Assembly (NCBI GenBank): GCA_964566225.1
Contig: CAZMHV010000005.1
Span: 1 to 60,308 of the forward strand
Direction: 5' to 3'
Length of the DNA stretch: 60,308 nucleotides
Origin: an uncultured Gammaproteobacteria bacterium
GTDB lineage: Bacteria > Patescibacteriota > Patescibacteriia > Magasanikbacterales > UBA922
This document shows positions 1 through 7,969 of this stretch, piece by piece. The position numbers and the translations under genes are program-made. How positions within the stretch are numbered: position 1 is the first letter of the stretch; every line of letters starts with the position of its first letter. The notes below the pieces were generated by a model. The model worked only from the letters and a program-made list of their open reading frames with translations, was not told where the DNA came from and searched no databases.

Positions 1-389
1 TTCTTGAGCCGCAAACATACCGAGTTAATACAATATCTTTGACCACTTTGCGTAGGTCCATCGTTAAACACGTGTCCCAAATGTGATCCACAATTTTTGC
101 AGACCACTTCAGTGCGGCGCATACCATGGTCATTGTCTTCACGGAGCTCTACGTTTTCGCGGTTGACTGGATTATCAAAAGAAGGCCAGCCTGTGCCAGA
201 GTCAAATTTGGCATCACTTGAAAAAAGTTCATTGCCACAGGCAGCACAGGTAAACATGCCTTGATCATGATTGTTTACGTATTCTCCGGTAAAGGGACGT
301 TCTGTACCTTTGGCACGAAGGACTTGGTATTGTTCAGGGGTGAGTTCCTTTTGCCAGTCTTCGTCAGACTTTTCAATTAGTTGATTCAT
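1..389 (-). CDS. msrB: peptide-methionine (R)-S-oxide reductase MsrB; C-terminus runs off the left edge
   Basis: Not in the ORF track because it is truncated. Reverse translation from ATG at comp(387-389) gives MNQLIEKSDEDWQKELTPEQYQVLRAKGTERPFTGEY..FTCAACGNELF..GTGWPSF..VVCKNCGSHLGHVFNDGP..RYCINS. It has two CxxC pairs plus the GWPSF and HLGHVF motifs of MsrB/SelR. Confidence 0.9.
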   Translation of the reverse strand, partial: MNQLIEKSDEDWQKELTPEQYQVLRAKGTERPFTGEYVNNHDQGMFTCAACGNELFSSDAKFDSGTGWPSFDNPVNRENVELREDNDHGMRRTEVVCKNCGSHLGHVFNDGPTQSGQRYCINSVCLRLK

Positions 390-446
390 AAAAAATAATG
401 TTAAGTATGTATATAGTATATGTTTATTTGAGAGAATGGTAAATAC

Positions 447-480
447 AAAAAAACAGCCACAAAATAGGTATGGCTGTTTT
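447..480. terminator. bidirectional intrinsic terminator hairpin
   Basis: aaaaaaACAGCCAcaaaataggtaTGGCTGTtttt: a 7-bp stem with an A-run on the left and a T-run on the right. It lies downstream of the island-1 gene on the - strand. Confidence 0.55.
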
Positions 481-631
481 AAAGTAGATCTACCACTATA
501 CTAAAAAATTTGAGGGCAGTGGTCGATCCGCAGGCAGTGAAGATCTCCTTTCAATATCTTGTGTGCCTACGGGAAAATGGTCACGGCCAGCTCGGGGTGA
601 GTTGGTGCGTGAACGCTTGTTGGGCGCCTGG

Positions 632-871
632 TCAGCGCGTGCCGGCCTCGCCGTGGCGCGAGCGGGGGCGCAGGATCGGCTGGTGGTCGGGATTGCGGGC
701 GCGCATGCCCGTGATCATCTCGACCTCGGTGGCCGGCGGCACGTGTTCGTCCCGCGTGACATCGCCGGACGAGATGATGCCGAGGGAGTCGGCCCCGGGG
801 ACGACCTCCGTGGTGATTCGGGGCTCCTGCTCGTCCGTCTTACGCTCGTTCCTCGTTTCGTTGGGGTCCAT
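632..871 (-). CDS. G+C-rich orphan gene (island 1): 79-aa acidic, probably disordered protein of unknown function
   Basis: Inner ATG of ORF 632..973. Translation is MDPNETRNERKTDEQEPRITTEVVPGADSLGIISSGDVTRDEHVPPATEVEMITGMRARNPDHQPILRPRSRHGEAGTR. Almost every codon ends in G/C, and the other frames look like high-GC artefacts. The G+C-rich block spans about 511-946. No family recognised. Confidence 0.6.
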   Translation of the reverse strand: MDPNETRNERKTDEQEPRITTEVVPGADSLGIISSGDVTRDEHVPPATEVEMITGMRARNPDHQPILRPRSRHGEAGTR

Positions 872-930
872 GGGTTGCTTTTTTTCCCTTTTCTCTGATG
901 TCAGTTGGACCTGCCCATTCGTACCACTGT

Positions 931-986
931 GGTCGAAGGGCTCAGTATTTTTTTCACTTGTTGACAAAAGCACTGAGCCCTACAAC
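931..986 (-). promoter_or_regulatory. conserved leader hairpin, copy 1 (5' UTR of the island-1 gene)
   Basis: Plus strand reads GGTCGAAGGGCTCAGT-(25-nt A/T-rich loop)-ACTGAGCCCTACAAC. The arms are near-identical to the copy at 2264-2318. Confidence 0.5.
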
Positions 987-1008
987 GGAGTAGTACAACA
1001 AAGTGTAC

Positions 1009-1036
1009 ACTATATCATAAAAAGAGCCTTTGTCAA
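1009..1036 (-). promoter_or_regulatory. sigma70-type promoter for the island-1 gene
   Basis: On the - strand: TTGACA (comp 1031-1036), 16-nt spacer, TATAGT (comp 1009-1014). Confidence 0.55.
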
Positions 1037-1050
1037 GCTCTTTTTATGAT
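1014..1050. terminator. perfect 14-bp inverted repeat (terminator-like) downstream of the island-2 gene
   Basis: ATCATAAAAAGAGC-ctttgtcaa-GCTCTTTTTATGAT. The -35 hexamer of the island-1 promoter lies in the loop. Confidence 0.45.
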
Positions 1051-1257
1051 ATTTTTCAGTCGTCCACTGTACTTGAAAGATTCAATGACAATGGGTGACC
1101 GGCGTGCGTTCGGTCTCCTTTTCCTTTCTGGCTGCTTGGAGCAGCCGTGTGAATGCACGCGGGTGAAGTCTCTGGGCAGCGGGGTTTGGGCCACTCACTG
1201 CTGGGGACGGGTTGGGGATTGGTTACTGACAGGCGGGGTTCGCGGCGGGGCGGTGGA

Positions 1258-2169
1258 TCAGTCGGCGTGGGGCGGGTTCGGGTCCTCGGTGGGGTTGGCG
1301 TCGGTGCCGTCCACCGGGGCGTCGGCCTTGTCGTCGTTGTCCGCGGTGCCGGCGGTGGTGGCGAGCTTGGCGATCTCGTCGATGGCGGCGTCCGGGTCGA
1401 GCCCGGTCGCCGCGACGGTGATGCCGTCGTCGGTGCTGATGACGCTGCCGGCCGTGAGCGCCGCCGTGTCGGGCGTGAGGCCGTCGAGCGCGGCGCCGAC
1501 GGTGTTCTCGCCGGGGAGGGCGTCGGTGTTGGCGAGGAAGAACGTCACTTCGGGGAGCGTCGCCGCGTTTTCGAGGAAGACGCGGTAGTCCTCCTCGCTG
1601 ATCTCCGGCAGGTAGGACTCCCAGGTCGCGGGGCGGGTCACGGACGTCGAGATGCCCGTGATGCCCGTGCCGAAGGCGCGGAAGTTCCCCTGGTCGTCGT
1701 CGTCGAACTGGAGGTCCGGGCCCCGCAGACCGGTGAAGTCGATCACGGCCCGGACGTAGGAACCGTTCTGGAGTCGGGCGTACAGGTACGCCTGGTCCGT
1801 GGGGGCGCCGTTGATGGTGCCGAAGCCGCCGGTCAAGGTCCAGCGCTTGAACGGGGCACCCTTGGTCTCGGGCGGCACGTGCAGGAGGGCCACGACGGTG
1901 GCGTCGGGCACCGGGCCGTTGGCGGCGATGCCGTACCGGTCGCCGACCACCCGGAACGCCAGCTTGAGGCGGGTGGTTTCGGTGAGGGTCGAGTCGCCGT
2001 CGGCCTTGTTGGGGTCGAGGATGAAGTGCGCGCGGACCTTGCTCGTCGGGTCCGTGATCAGGATCACGTCCCGGGTGTCGCCCGGGTTGAGTCCGATCAG
2101 GTTGACGAGGTTGAGCCCGCGGGTGGGGCTCACGGCGAGGGCCACGTTCTGGGGGTTGGGGTTGCTCAT
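1258..2169 (-). CDS. G+C-rich orphan gene (island 2): 303-aa protein of unknown function with an acidic, low-complexity C-terminal tail
   Basis: Inner ATG (comp 2167-2169) of ORF 1258..2208. Translation starts MSNPNPQNVALAVSPTRGLNLVNLIGLNPGDTRDVILITDPTSKVRAHFILDP... and ends ...DNDDKADAPVDGTDANPTEDPNPPHAD. It is the only one of three overlapping long ORFs with protein-like composition and G/C-rich third positions. The 13 upstream codons have low GC3, so the start at 2208 is unlikely. Confidence 0.7.
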   Translation of the reverse strand: MSNPNPQNVALAVSPTRGLNLVNLIGLNPGDTRDVILITDPTSKVRAHFILDPNKADGDSTLTETTRLKLAFRVVGDRYGIAANGPVPDATVVALLHVPPETKGAPFKRWTLTGGFGTINGAPTDQAYLYARLQNGSYVRAVIDFTGLRGPDLQFDDDDQGNFRAFGTGITGISTSVTRPATWESYLPEISEEDYRVFLENAATLPEVTFFLANTDALPGENTVGAALDGLTPDTAALTAGSVISTDDGITVAATGLDPDAAIDEIAKLATTAGTADNDDKADAPVDGTDANPTEDPNPPHAD

Positions 2170-2263
2170 GACTAGGTTTTTCACTCCATTTTCGCATTTC
2201 CGCCGCATTCAGCTGGCGGAGATTGTCTCAACATCCCGCAGGATGGCACTCGACCGCCTAATT

Positions 2264-2318
2264 GGTCGAAGGGCTCGCTATTTTCCTTTAGATAAGAAAA
2301 ATACTGAGCCCTTCAACC
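2264..2318 (-). promoter_or_regulatory. conserved leader hairpin, copy 2 (5' UTR of the island-2 gene)
   Basis: Plus strand reads GGTCGAAGGGCTCGCT-(23-nt A/T-rich loop)-ACTGAGCCCTTCAACC. On the - strand, GGTTGAAGGGCTC pairs with GAGCCCTTCGACC with one G-U pair. Confidence 0.5.
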
Positions 2319-2384
2319 ATGTAAATAACCAATATCCAAGTTATAAAGAACAAATTGCTCTCGTAAGTGGAGAACAAACAGCGA

Positions 2385-2412
2385 AGTATATCAAAAAAAT
2401 TGAATTTGTCAA
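2385..2412 (-). promoter_or_regulatory. sigma70-type promoter for the island-2 gene
   Basis: On the - strand: TTGACA (comp 2407-2412), 16-nt spacer, TATACT (comp 2385-2390). The leader to the ATG is about 215 nt. Confidence 0.55.
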
Positions 2413-2528
2413 GAGCATTTATCCACCCAAGGGTTTTGATTATTTTTTTTGTAATTAAAAAATTCTCTTGGTACAGGCAAAAATTTTATACACAGGCTGG
2501 TTTATGCACTGTCAAAAGCACAAAGTAT

Positions 2529-2558
2529 CTTGACGAATAAGTCTTTTGGGTATATACT
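2529..2558 (+). promoter_or_regulatory. promoter of the 2605 gene (native)
   Basis: TTGACG, 18-nt spacer, TATACT; a GGAGG lies further downstream before the ATG at 2605. Confidence 0.5.
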
Positions 2559-2604
2559 ACGAACTTCGGAAAATTTTTTAGGAGGTTTTTGGTAGCATTG
2601 TTTT

Positions 2605-4167
2605 ATGGATAACTCATCCACAACACCACACCCTACACCCGAATCACAATTGACGACTGTTTTTGAGGCTCTCAAAGAATCTGTCCTCATCAAAAAGCCG
2701 GTGCTCCGGGATATTTTGGAAAAGCATGGCAACAAAAGTCTGGTAGAATATGCCAACGACTATTTTGATGTGAATATCGGGCCAGGCCTGCGCGAGCGCC
2801 AAGAAGAATTTTTTCAAACCTTTCACCCACAAGTAAGTAACTTGCTTGGTTCAGATATTGCTGACAGTGCTGTCCAGCAATTGAAAAAATATTATTTTGT
2901 TTCTACTGCGGATCACCATGGACCTCTCTGTGATCCGTTTTTTTTAAGTTCAAATTTGGTGACCGCTATTAGTGGACTGGAACGCAATGATCCTGATTTT
3001 CAAAATGTGATTGTACTTTCGTGTGCCAATGTTTCACTCAACAACAGTTCTTTTCCTCGTGGACTCTTGTTTAGTTCTTACCACGATGAAAAAGTACAAA
3101 CACACCGCTTGTCATTTTTGCCGAGTAACTCACATTCTTCTGCCGTGTATAATTTTCGTGCATATTTTTCTCAAGAAATTGATAAAGTGCGTACTACCTT
3201 GAAAGAAAAATTGAAGGCGGGACATGTGAAAACTCATCATGCAGAAAAAATTCATGACTTACTTTCTAAAATTTATCATCATGAAAATGTTTTGCAATCA
3301 CAAAATTATTCTGAGCAAGTCACCAAAACAAATTTTCATTTGTGGAGAGGGTATATCGGTGAAGATCACCAAAATCCACCAAATTTAATTTACTTAGAAC
3401 AAGAAACTTTGGTAGTACAACTTTTGCTCGATCATCACTTGGATCAGTCAACTATTTTGAACAGAATATTTTTTGAACCAACACTCGAACCCCTTATTTT
3501 GAAATATTTCAACAATATTTCTGGAGCTTTTTCACTCGAAGACAAGTGGGGAACGTATTTGTTTTGGGGAATTTCCAAAGATAAAAATTATCGTATACCG
3601 CTGTGGAAACAAGGTGAATTTTTGGTATCAGCTGATGGTGAATACAAAATTCCTTTGACACCAGAGTCAATTCGTCAGGCACTTGAAAAGAAAGAAATTT
3701 TACCAAGTATGCTGACCATTTTCTTTGTGCTCAGTTTATACTATGGACTCAAATGTCTTGGTGGATTTAGTCAGGTCAATTATTTGACCTTTATGAAAGA
3801 CGCGTATATTGAAATGATGAAAGAACTTGGCGAAGACAAAGAAGTAGCCTTGGTAGAGCCGGTACAGACCAAAGAATTTGGTGAAGATTTGACCGTGGCC
3901 TTTTTGGCAGATCCCAAAGGAGAAGTGACGATGGCGTCTGGACTTGATTTGATTTTGTACCATAACAAGGAAACCTTTGAATGCATGAAAAGTGAAGCCA
4001 AAATAATTACTCTCAATGAAGCTATTGGTCCAATGATGCCAAGTTTTTATAGAGTGGTGTATCCAGGACCAGAAAGAAAAGAAGAACTCATGGCTATTAC
4101 TTCGCAAGATATCGTAAAGCTTACCGGCCTTGATAAAAAAATTAAACCCTGTGTAACCATTGAATAA
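2605..4167 (+). CDS. conserved hypothetical protein (520 aa), backbone composition
   Basis: Long ORF with A+T-rich codon usage and its own promoter and terminator. No motif I can assign; it contains STADHHGP. Confidence 0.75.
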   Translation: MDNSSTTPHPTPESQLTTVFEALKESVLIKKPVLRDILEKHGNKSLVEYANDYFDVNIGPGLRERQEEFFQTFHPQVSNLLGSDIADSAVQQLKKYYFVSTADHHGPLCDPFFLSSNLVTAISGLERNDPDFQNVIVLSCANVSLNNSSFPRGLLFSSYHDEKVQTHRLSFLPSNSHSSAVYNFRAYFSQEIDKVRTTLKEKLKAGHVKTHHAEKIHDLLSKIYHHENVLQSQNYSEQVTKTNFHLWRGYIGEDHQNPPNLIYLEQETLVVQLLLDHHLDQSTILNRIFFEPTLEPLILKYFNNISGAFSLEDKWGTYLFWGISKDKNYRIPLWKQGEFLVSADGEYKIPLTPESIRQALEKKEILPSMLTIFFVLSLYYGLKCLGGFSQVNYLTFMKDAYIEMMKELGEDKEVALVEPVQTKEFGEDLTVAFLADPKGEVTMASGLDLILYHNKETFECMKSEAKIITLNEAIGPMMPSFYRVVYPGPERKEELMAITSQDIVKLTGLDKKIKPCVTIE

Positions 4168-4169
4168 AT

Positions 4170-4200
4170 AAAAAAATCACCTGTAAAAAGGTGATTTTTT
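4170..4200. terminator. bidirectional intrinsic terminator
   Basis: aaaaaaATCACCTgtaaaaAGGTGATtttttt, flanked by A- and T-runs. It serves the 2605 gene and the convergent island-3 gene. Confidence 0.7.
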
Positions 4201-4360
4201 AAAAGTTGAATGCAGCCTCGGGGGTGTCCATGTCGTGTGGAGATTGGTGGATCCCCCGAGGTTTGGTGGTACGCGTCTCCTTTTTTATACGAAGGGTCAC
4301 CACCTGACCCGTTGGTTATTGCGAACCGAGGTGGTTCGCGTGGAAGCGCTGGCCGGACGG

Positions 4361-4510
4361 CTAGCGCTGCTGCGGGTTGCCCGTGTTTGGGAGCTGGTTG
4401 CGCCAGTTCTGGCGCTCCTTGGCCTTCTCACCGGTGCGGTGCTTGTGCCCGAGACCCCGGGCGCGACCGTGGTCGTCGCCCACCTTCTTGAAATTCTGAC
4501 CCTTGGCCAT
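4361..4510 (-). CDS. G+C-rich orphan gene (island 3): 49-aa highly basic small protein
   Basis: Below the ORF-track size cutoff. Reverse translation gives MAKGQNFKKVGDDHGRARGLGHKHRTGEKAKERQNWRNQLPNTGNPQQR, with stop TAG at comp(4361-4363). Third positions are G/C-rich and a GGAG lies 9 nt upstream. The listed ORFs 4210..4491, 4235..4591 and 4297..4584 are R/A/P-rich artefact frames. Confidence 0.55.
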   Translation of the reverse strand: MAKGQNFKKVGDDHGRARGLGHKHRTGEKAKERQNWRNQLPNTGNPQQR

Positions 4511-4555
4511 TGTCGAGTGCTCCGGCTGCGTAGTTTTTGGTGCAGCTGGTGTAAA

Positions 4556-4584
4556 AGTTTACACGAACAGGTAAAATTTGTCAA
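4556..4584 (-). promoter_or_regulatory. sigma70-type promoter for the island-3 gene
   Basis: On the - strand: TTGACA (comp 4579-4584), 17-nt spacer, TAAACT (comp 4556-4561). Confidence 0.5.
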
Positions 4585-4644
4585 TACATAGCATTGTTTT
4601 TCTCTCTTTTTGGGAGTATACTAAGAAAAGAATAAATATATTTT

Positions 4645-5412
4645 ATGAAAACGAAACAAACTTCTTGGGGTAATGTAGCCAGTTGGTATCACGAAATGCT
4701 CGAAAGCGGTGAAGGAACCTTTCAAAAAGACGTTATCTTGCCCAACCTTTTGCGGCTCATGGATATACAAAAAGGACAAAAAATTCTTGACCTCGCCTGT
4801 GGGACAGGTTTTTTTTCTCGTGAATTTTTGGCTGTTGGTGCCTCGGTTATTGGGGTTGATGTTGGGGCTGAACTTTTGGAAATTGCGAAAAAAAATTCAG
4901 ACAAAAAAATTCAGTATATTGAATCTTCGGCCGATGATTTGCATTTTGTCCTCAAGGAATCCGTTGATCACATTGTGATTGTGCTGGCACTCCAAAATAT
5001 TGAAAATGTGGCAGGTGTCCTCAAAGAATGTCGTCGAGTGTTGAAGCCAAGTGGAAAATTATTTGTGGTACTCAATCATCCCACATTTCGTGTTCCCAAA
5101 TCATCTGACTGGGGATGGGATGAAGAAAACATGATTCAATACCGACGTGTTGATGCATACTTATCTGAGAAACAAGTAAAAATTGAAATGCATCCCGGTG
5201 AAAATAAAAATATTAAAACGATTTCGTTTCATAGACCTCTGCAATATTATTTTAAAATGATGAATAAAAATAATTTGTGTGTGACGCGTATGGAAGAGTG
5301 GATCAGCAATCGTGTGGGACCCAAAGGGAGAAAGTTTGCAGCGAGTGAAAAAGCACGCAAAGAAATTCCACTATTTATGGTTTTGGAAATGACACCTGCA
5401 CCTAAAAAATAA
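4645..5412 (+). CDS. class I SAM-dependent methyltransferase
   Basis: Motif I ILDLACGTGFFS, then GVDVG and LKPSGKLFVV (post-I and motif III-like). Confidence 0.8.
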   Translation: MKTKQTSWGNVASWYHEMLESGEGTFQKDVILPNLLRLMDIQKGQKILDLACGTGFFSREFLAVGASVIGVDVGAELLEIAKKNSDKKIQYIESSADDLHFVLKESVDHIVIVLALQNIENVAGVLKECRRVLKPSGKLFVVLNHPTFRVPKSSDWGWDEENMIQYRRVDAYLSEKQVKIEMHPGENKNIKTISFHRPLQYYFKMMNKNNLCVTRMEEWISNRVGPKGRKFAASEKARKEIPLFMVLEMTPAPKK

Positions 5413-5462
5413 ATTTATTTTTGTGTTGTAACAAACACACTCTACTTACTTCATTTTTTCGT

Positions 5463-6965
5463 ATGGATCAAATGACCAATTTGCCTCCAACACCTTCACC
5501 GGTACAAGAGGTCGCACCCAAGGGACATATTTTTATAAAAGTACTTCTTGTTGTTTTGGTACTGGGTGGTCTTGGTGGTGGTGGAGCCTTTGCCTATTTT
5601 AAATACTTTGCAGAAGTTCCAGAAATGCAAATTTATAAAGCGTTTACCAATACAGAAGAAATAAAAACCTATTCATTTGATTTAAATATCAGTGCCAAAG
5701 GAAAGATTTTGAGTCGTGCGGAGAGATCTCTCAATGAAAGTTTGGCCGGCCTTGGTGGAACTGTGACTGTCGGTGGCGCCGAAGGCGAACAAAAAGCCGA
5801 TACGCAAGTATTTGTTGGAATAAAAGGGGATATTGATAAAACAACTGCGAAACAAGTAAAAAGTCAACTTACTTTTACTGTCGGTGGCAAACAAGAGGAC
5901 AAAGAAGTGGGGCCCTTGGTTTTGAATTATTTCAATGATAGTAACGTGGTAGCATTTCGTGTGCCTAAAATTCCTCCAATGAAGGATATGGATTTTAGTG
6001 ATTTGGATAATCAATGGGTTTCCTATGACTATTCTAAGTTCAAAGGAAAACTTGATGCCTTGGTAGAAGAACAAAAAGAAAAGGCCAATAAAAACTTTAG
6101 TGACGAAGATGAAAAAAGAATTTTGGCATTGGCCAAAAAAATAGCCATGGAAAAACCTCCGATTACTGTGACACAAAAACTTAAAAAAGAAATGATTGGT
6201 GGTGTTGAAACTCAGCCGTATGCTTTTATTGTGAGTAAGGAAAATGTTATCTACTTGGTAGAAACATTGGCTAAAGATGAAAAAGCAGGAATACAAGAAA
6301 AAGATATTACGGAATTAAAAGAAATGCTTGCCGAAGTAAAAAAACTTGATGGAACTGTATGGGTTGGTGGAAAAGGAACATCGCTCTTGCCATATAAATT
6401 GAGTCTGGCTGGAATATTTGAAGATGCCAAAACAAAAGAAGATGTGAATGTTACCTTTACGATTGCGTTTACGAATGTGAATAAGCCGGTAGTTATTGAG
6501 TCACCCAAAAATGCTATGAGTTTTGAAGATGCTTTCAATATAGTGATGACGAAGATGGCGGAAGTGTCGATGAAGAATTTGGAGCAAGATGAGTTAGGGG
6601 GAACGGGCGCAGATTCAATGGGTGTAAAATTAGAAGCTCATAATTATGTTTTTGTAACAAATGTGAGAGAAAATAACATAGACATGAATCTTTCGACTCT
6701 TGATTCTGATGGAAAAGTTGTAGGTCACATGACAACAGTACCCAACGATGGATTTGTTTCTGACAAAGACAGTGATGGGCTTGATTATACTGTGGAAAGA
6801 CTCTTTGGGACAGACTCAAACAAGCCAGATTCAGATGGTGATGGTTTAAATGATGGTGATGAGGTGAATAAATATAAAACACATCCGGCATATAAAGATA
6901 CTGACGAAGATGGATATGATGATGGAATGGAAATAAAAACAGGACATGATCCACTCAAAAAATAA
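5463..6965 (+). CDS. membrane-anchored surface protein with C-terminal thrombospondin type-3-like Ca-binding repeats
   Basis: Start taken at the ATG for MDQMTN (the track start at 5421 is TTG). The N-terminal TM segment is IFIKVLLVVLVLGGLGGGGAFAYF. The C-terminus is DSDGDGLNDGDEVNKYKTHPAYKDTDEDGYDDGMEIKTGHDP. Confidence 0.7.
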   Translation: MDQMTNLPPTPSPVQEVAPKGHIFIKVLLVVLVLGGLGGGGAFAYFKYFAEVPEMQIYKAFTNTEEIKTYSFDLNISAKGKILSRAERSLNESLAGLGGTVTVGGAEGEQKADTQVFVGIKGDIDKTTAKQVKSQLTFTVGGKQEDKEVGPLVLNYFNDSNVVAFRVPKIPPMKDMDFSDLDNQWVSYDYSKFKGKLDALVEEQKEKANKNFSDEDEKRILALAKKIAMEKPPITVTQKLKKEMIGGVETQPYAFIVSKENVIYLVETLAKDEKAGIQEKDITELKEMLAEVKKLDGTVWVGGKGTSLLPYKLSLAGIFEDAKTKEDVNVTFTIAFTNVNKPVVIESPKNAMSFEDAFNIVMTKMAEVSMKNLEQDELGGTGADSMGVKLEAHNYVFVTNVRENNIDMNLSTLDSDGKVVGHMTTVPNDGFVSDKDSDGLDYTVERLFGTDSNKPDSDGDGLNDGDEVNKYKTHPAYKDTDEDGYDDGMEIKTGHDPLKK

Positions 6966-6973
6966 ATTGCAAC

Positions 6974-7004
6974 AAAAAAAGGCGCTCCACACGGGGCGTC
7001 TTTT
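6974..7004. terminator. bidirectional terminator hairpin
   Basis: aaaaaaAGGCGCtccacacggGGCGTCTttt. On the - strand a 7-T run follows the stem, so it terminates the island-4 gene. Confidence 0.55.
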
Positions 7005-7103
7005 GTAATGGTTGTTGTGAAGGGCACCGGGATCCTCGCACGCTGCGCCGCTGGCCGATTGGCCGCTCTCGCATTGTGCGAAGGATTCCCGATGCCGTGG
7101 GGG

Positions 7104-7418
7104 TCATTCGAGGAGTCCGAGGAGCAGCGCGGCTGCCCCCATGACTTCGTTCGAGTTGAACCCTTTGATCGTGCAGACGTTCTGGCTGGAAGAGTTCTGC
7201 ACGTCGCTGCCGCAGACGGTCCCGATTTGGGCGCCGCGACCGAGCATGCCAGCCTCGAAGACCTTTCGGCCGTCGACGTAGCCGACGATGGTCCGGCGAT
7301 TCGGTCCGTAGACTTTGTTGCCGTCCACGTAACCGCGGATGTCTCCGCCGCCTCCCGGTCCGTAGACCGTGTTTCCATCGACATACCCGACAGTACTTCC
7401 AGTTCTAACTGGATTCAT
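7104..7418 (-). CDS. G+C-rich orphan gene (island 4): 104-aa repeat protein, reminiscent of 4-fold beta-flower proteins
   Basis: MNPVRTGSTVGYVDGNTVYGPGGGGDIRGYVDGNKVYGPNRRTIVGYVDGRKVFEAG...GAAALLLGLLE. It has three GYVDGxxV(Y/F) repeats. RBS GAGGAG lies 8 nt upstream. The family assignment is from memory of the repeat pattern only. Confidence 0.65.
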   Translation of the reverse strand: MNPVRTGSTVGYVDGNTVYGPGGGGDIRGYVDGNKVYGPNRRTIVGYVDGRKVFEAGMLGRGAQIGTVCGSDVQNSSSQNVCTIKGFNSNEVMGAAALLLGLLE

Positions 7419-7469
7419 TCTGGGTCACTCCTCGTAGGGAAAGTGGTGGAATAGCTCAGGAAACAGTAT

Positions 7470-7498
7470 ATAATACAACAGATTGTGGTCTTTGTCAA
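7470..7498 (-). promoter_or_regulatory. sigma70-type promoter for the island-4 gene
   Basis: On the - strand: TTGACA (comp 7493-7498), 17-nt spacer, TATTAT (comp 7470-7475). Confidence 0.55.
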
Positions 7499-7690
7499 CC
7501 AAAAAACAAAGTAATTTATCTAAATTTAGCAAAAATTTGAATTTTAAAAACAAAAAATTAGCTGAGTAAAGCCAATTTTTAAAAACACACAAAATATGCC
7601 ACAAACCAAGGCATTCACTTGTATCAAAAGGGGTTGTTGAACCACTCAAAACAAGATACAATACATCAGTTATCTCCATTTATAAACACT

Positions 7691-7963
7691 ATGGCATTTG
7701 AAAAAAAATTAGAAAAAATCAAAAAAGATGGTGAAGAACTCAAAAGTGAAATTCAAGAAAAAGTAGTCAGTTATGTGGGTGCTGGGTTTGGGGTGATTGC
7801 TTCTTTGGCGTGGAACGAAGCTATCAAGGCTATGATTGAATATTTATTTCCACTCAAGCAAGACACAATTTTTGCCAAATTTTTGTATGCGGGAATTATG
7901 ACATTGGTGTTAGTGGTGGTAACTATTTATTTGGTGAAGGTTTTTAAAAAAGGGAATAAATAA
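7691..7963 (+). CDS. small membrane protein (90 aa; possibly DUF5654-like)
   Basis: Inner ATG of ORF 7619..7963. Translation is MAFEKKLEKIKKDGEEL...GAGFGVIASLAWNEAIKAMIEYLFP... followed by a C-terminal TM helix. Confidence 0.6.
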   Translation: MAFEKKLEKIKKDGEELKSEIQEKVVSYVGAGFGVIASLAWNEAIKAMIEYLFPLKQDTIFAKFLYAGIMTLVLVVVTIYLVKVFKKGNK

Positions 7964-7969
7964 TTGAAT

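Noticed and set aside
492-1075. Recurrent CCACT(A/G)T heptamers near the island 1 and 2 boundaries (about 494, 924 and 1069) as possible target-site duplications
   Set aside because: A 7-mer is expected several times by chance in 60 kb on two strands. Its positions relative to the junctions are inconsistent, and the other islands lack it.
1153-2197. Long overlapping ORFs 1153..2175(+) and 1223..2197(-) in island 2, plus 510..1049(+), 563..898(+) and 1046..1588(+)
   Set aside because: Their translations are Arg/Gly/Pro/Ala-rich runs, typical of out-of-frame or antisense reading of high-GC DNA. Only the 1258..2169(-) and 632..871(-) frames have protein-like composition and G/C-biased third positions.
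931-2318. The shared leader hairpin as a T-box riboswitch, an integron attC site or an intrinsic terminator
   Set aside because: It has no specifier loop, no GA/K-turn motif and no credible T-box sequence. The arm ends (GTTGAAG / CTTCAAC) only loosely resemble GTTRRRY core sites, and the cassettes are not contiguous or next to an intI gene. No T-run follows the stem on either strand.
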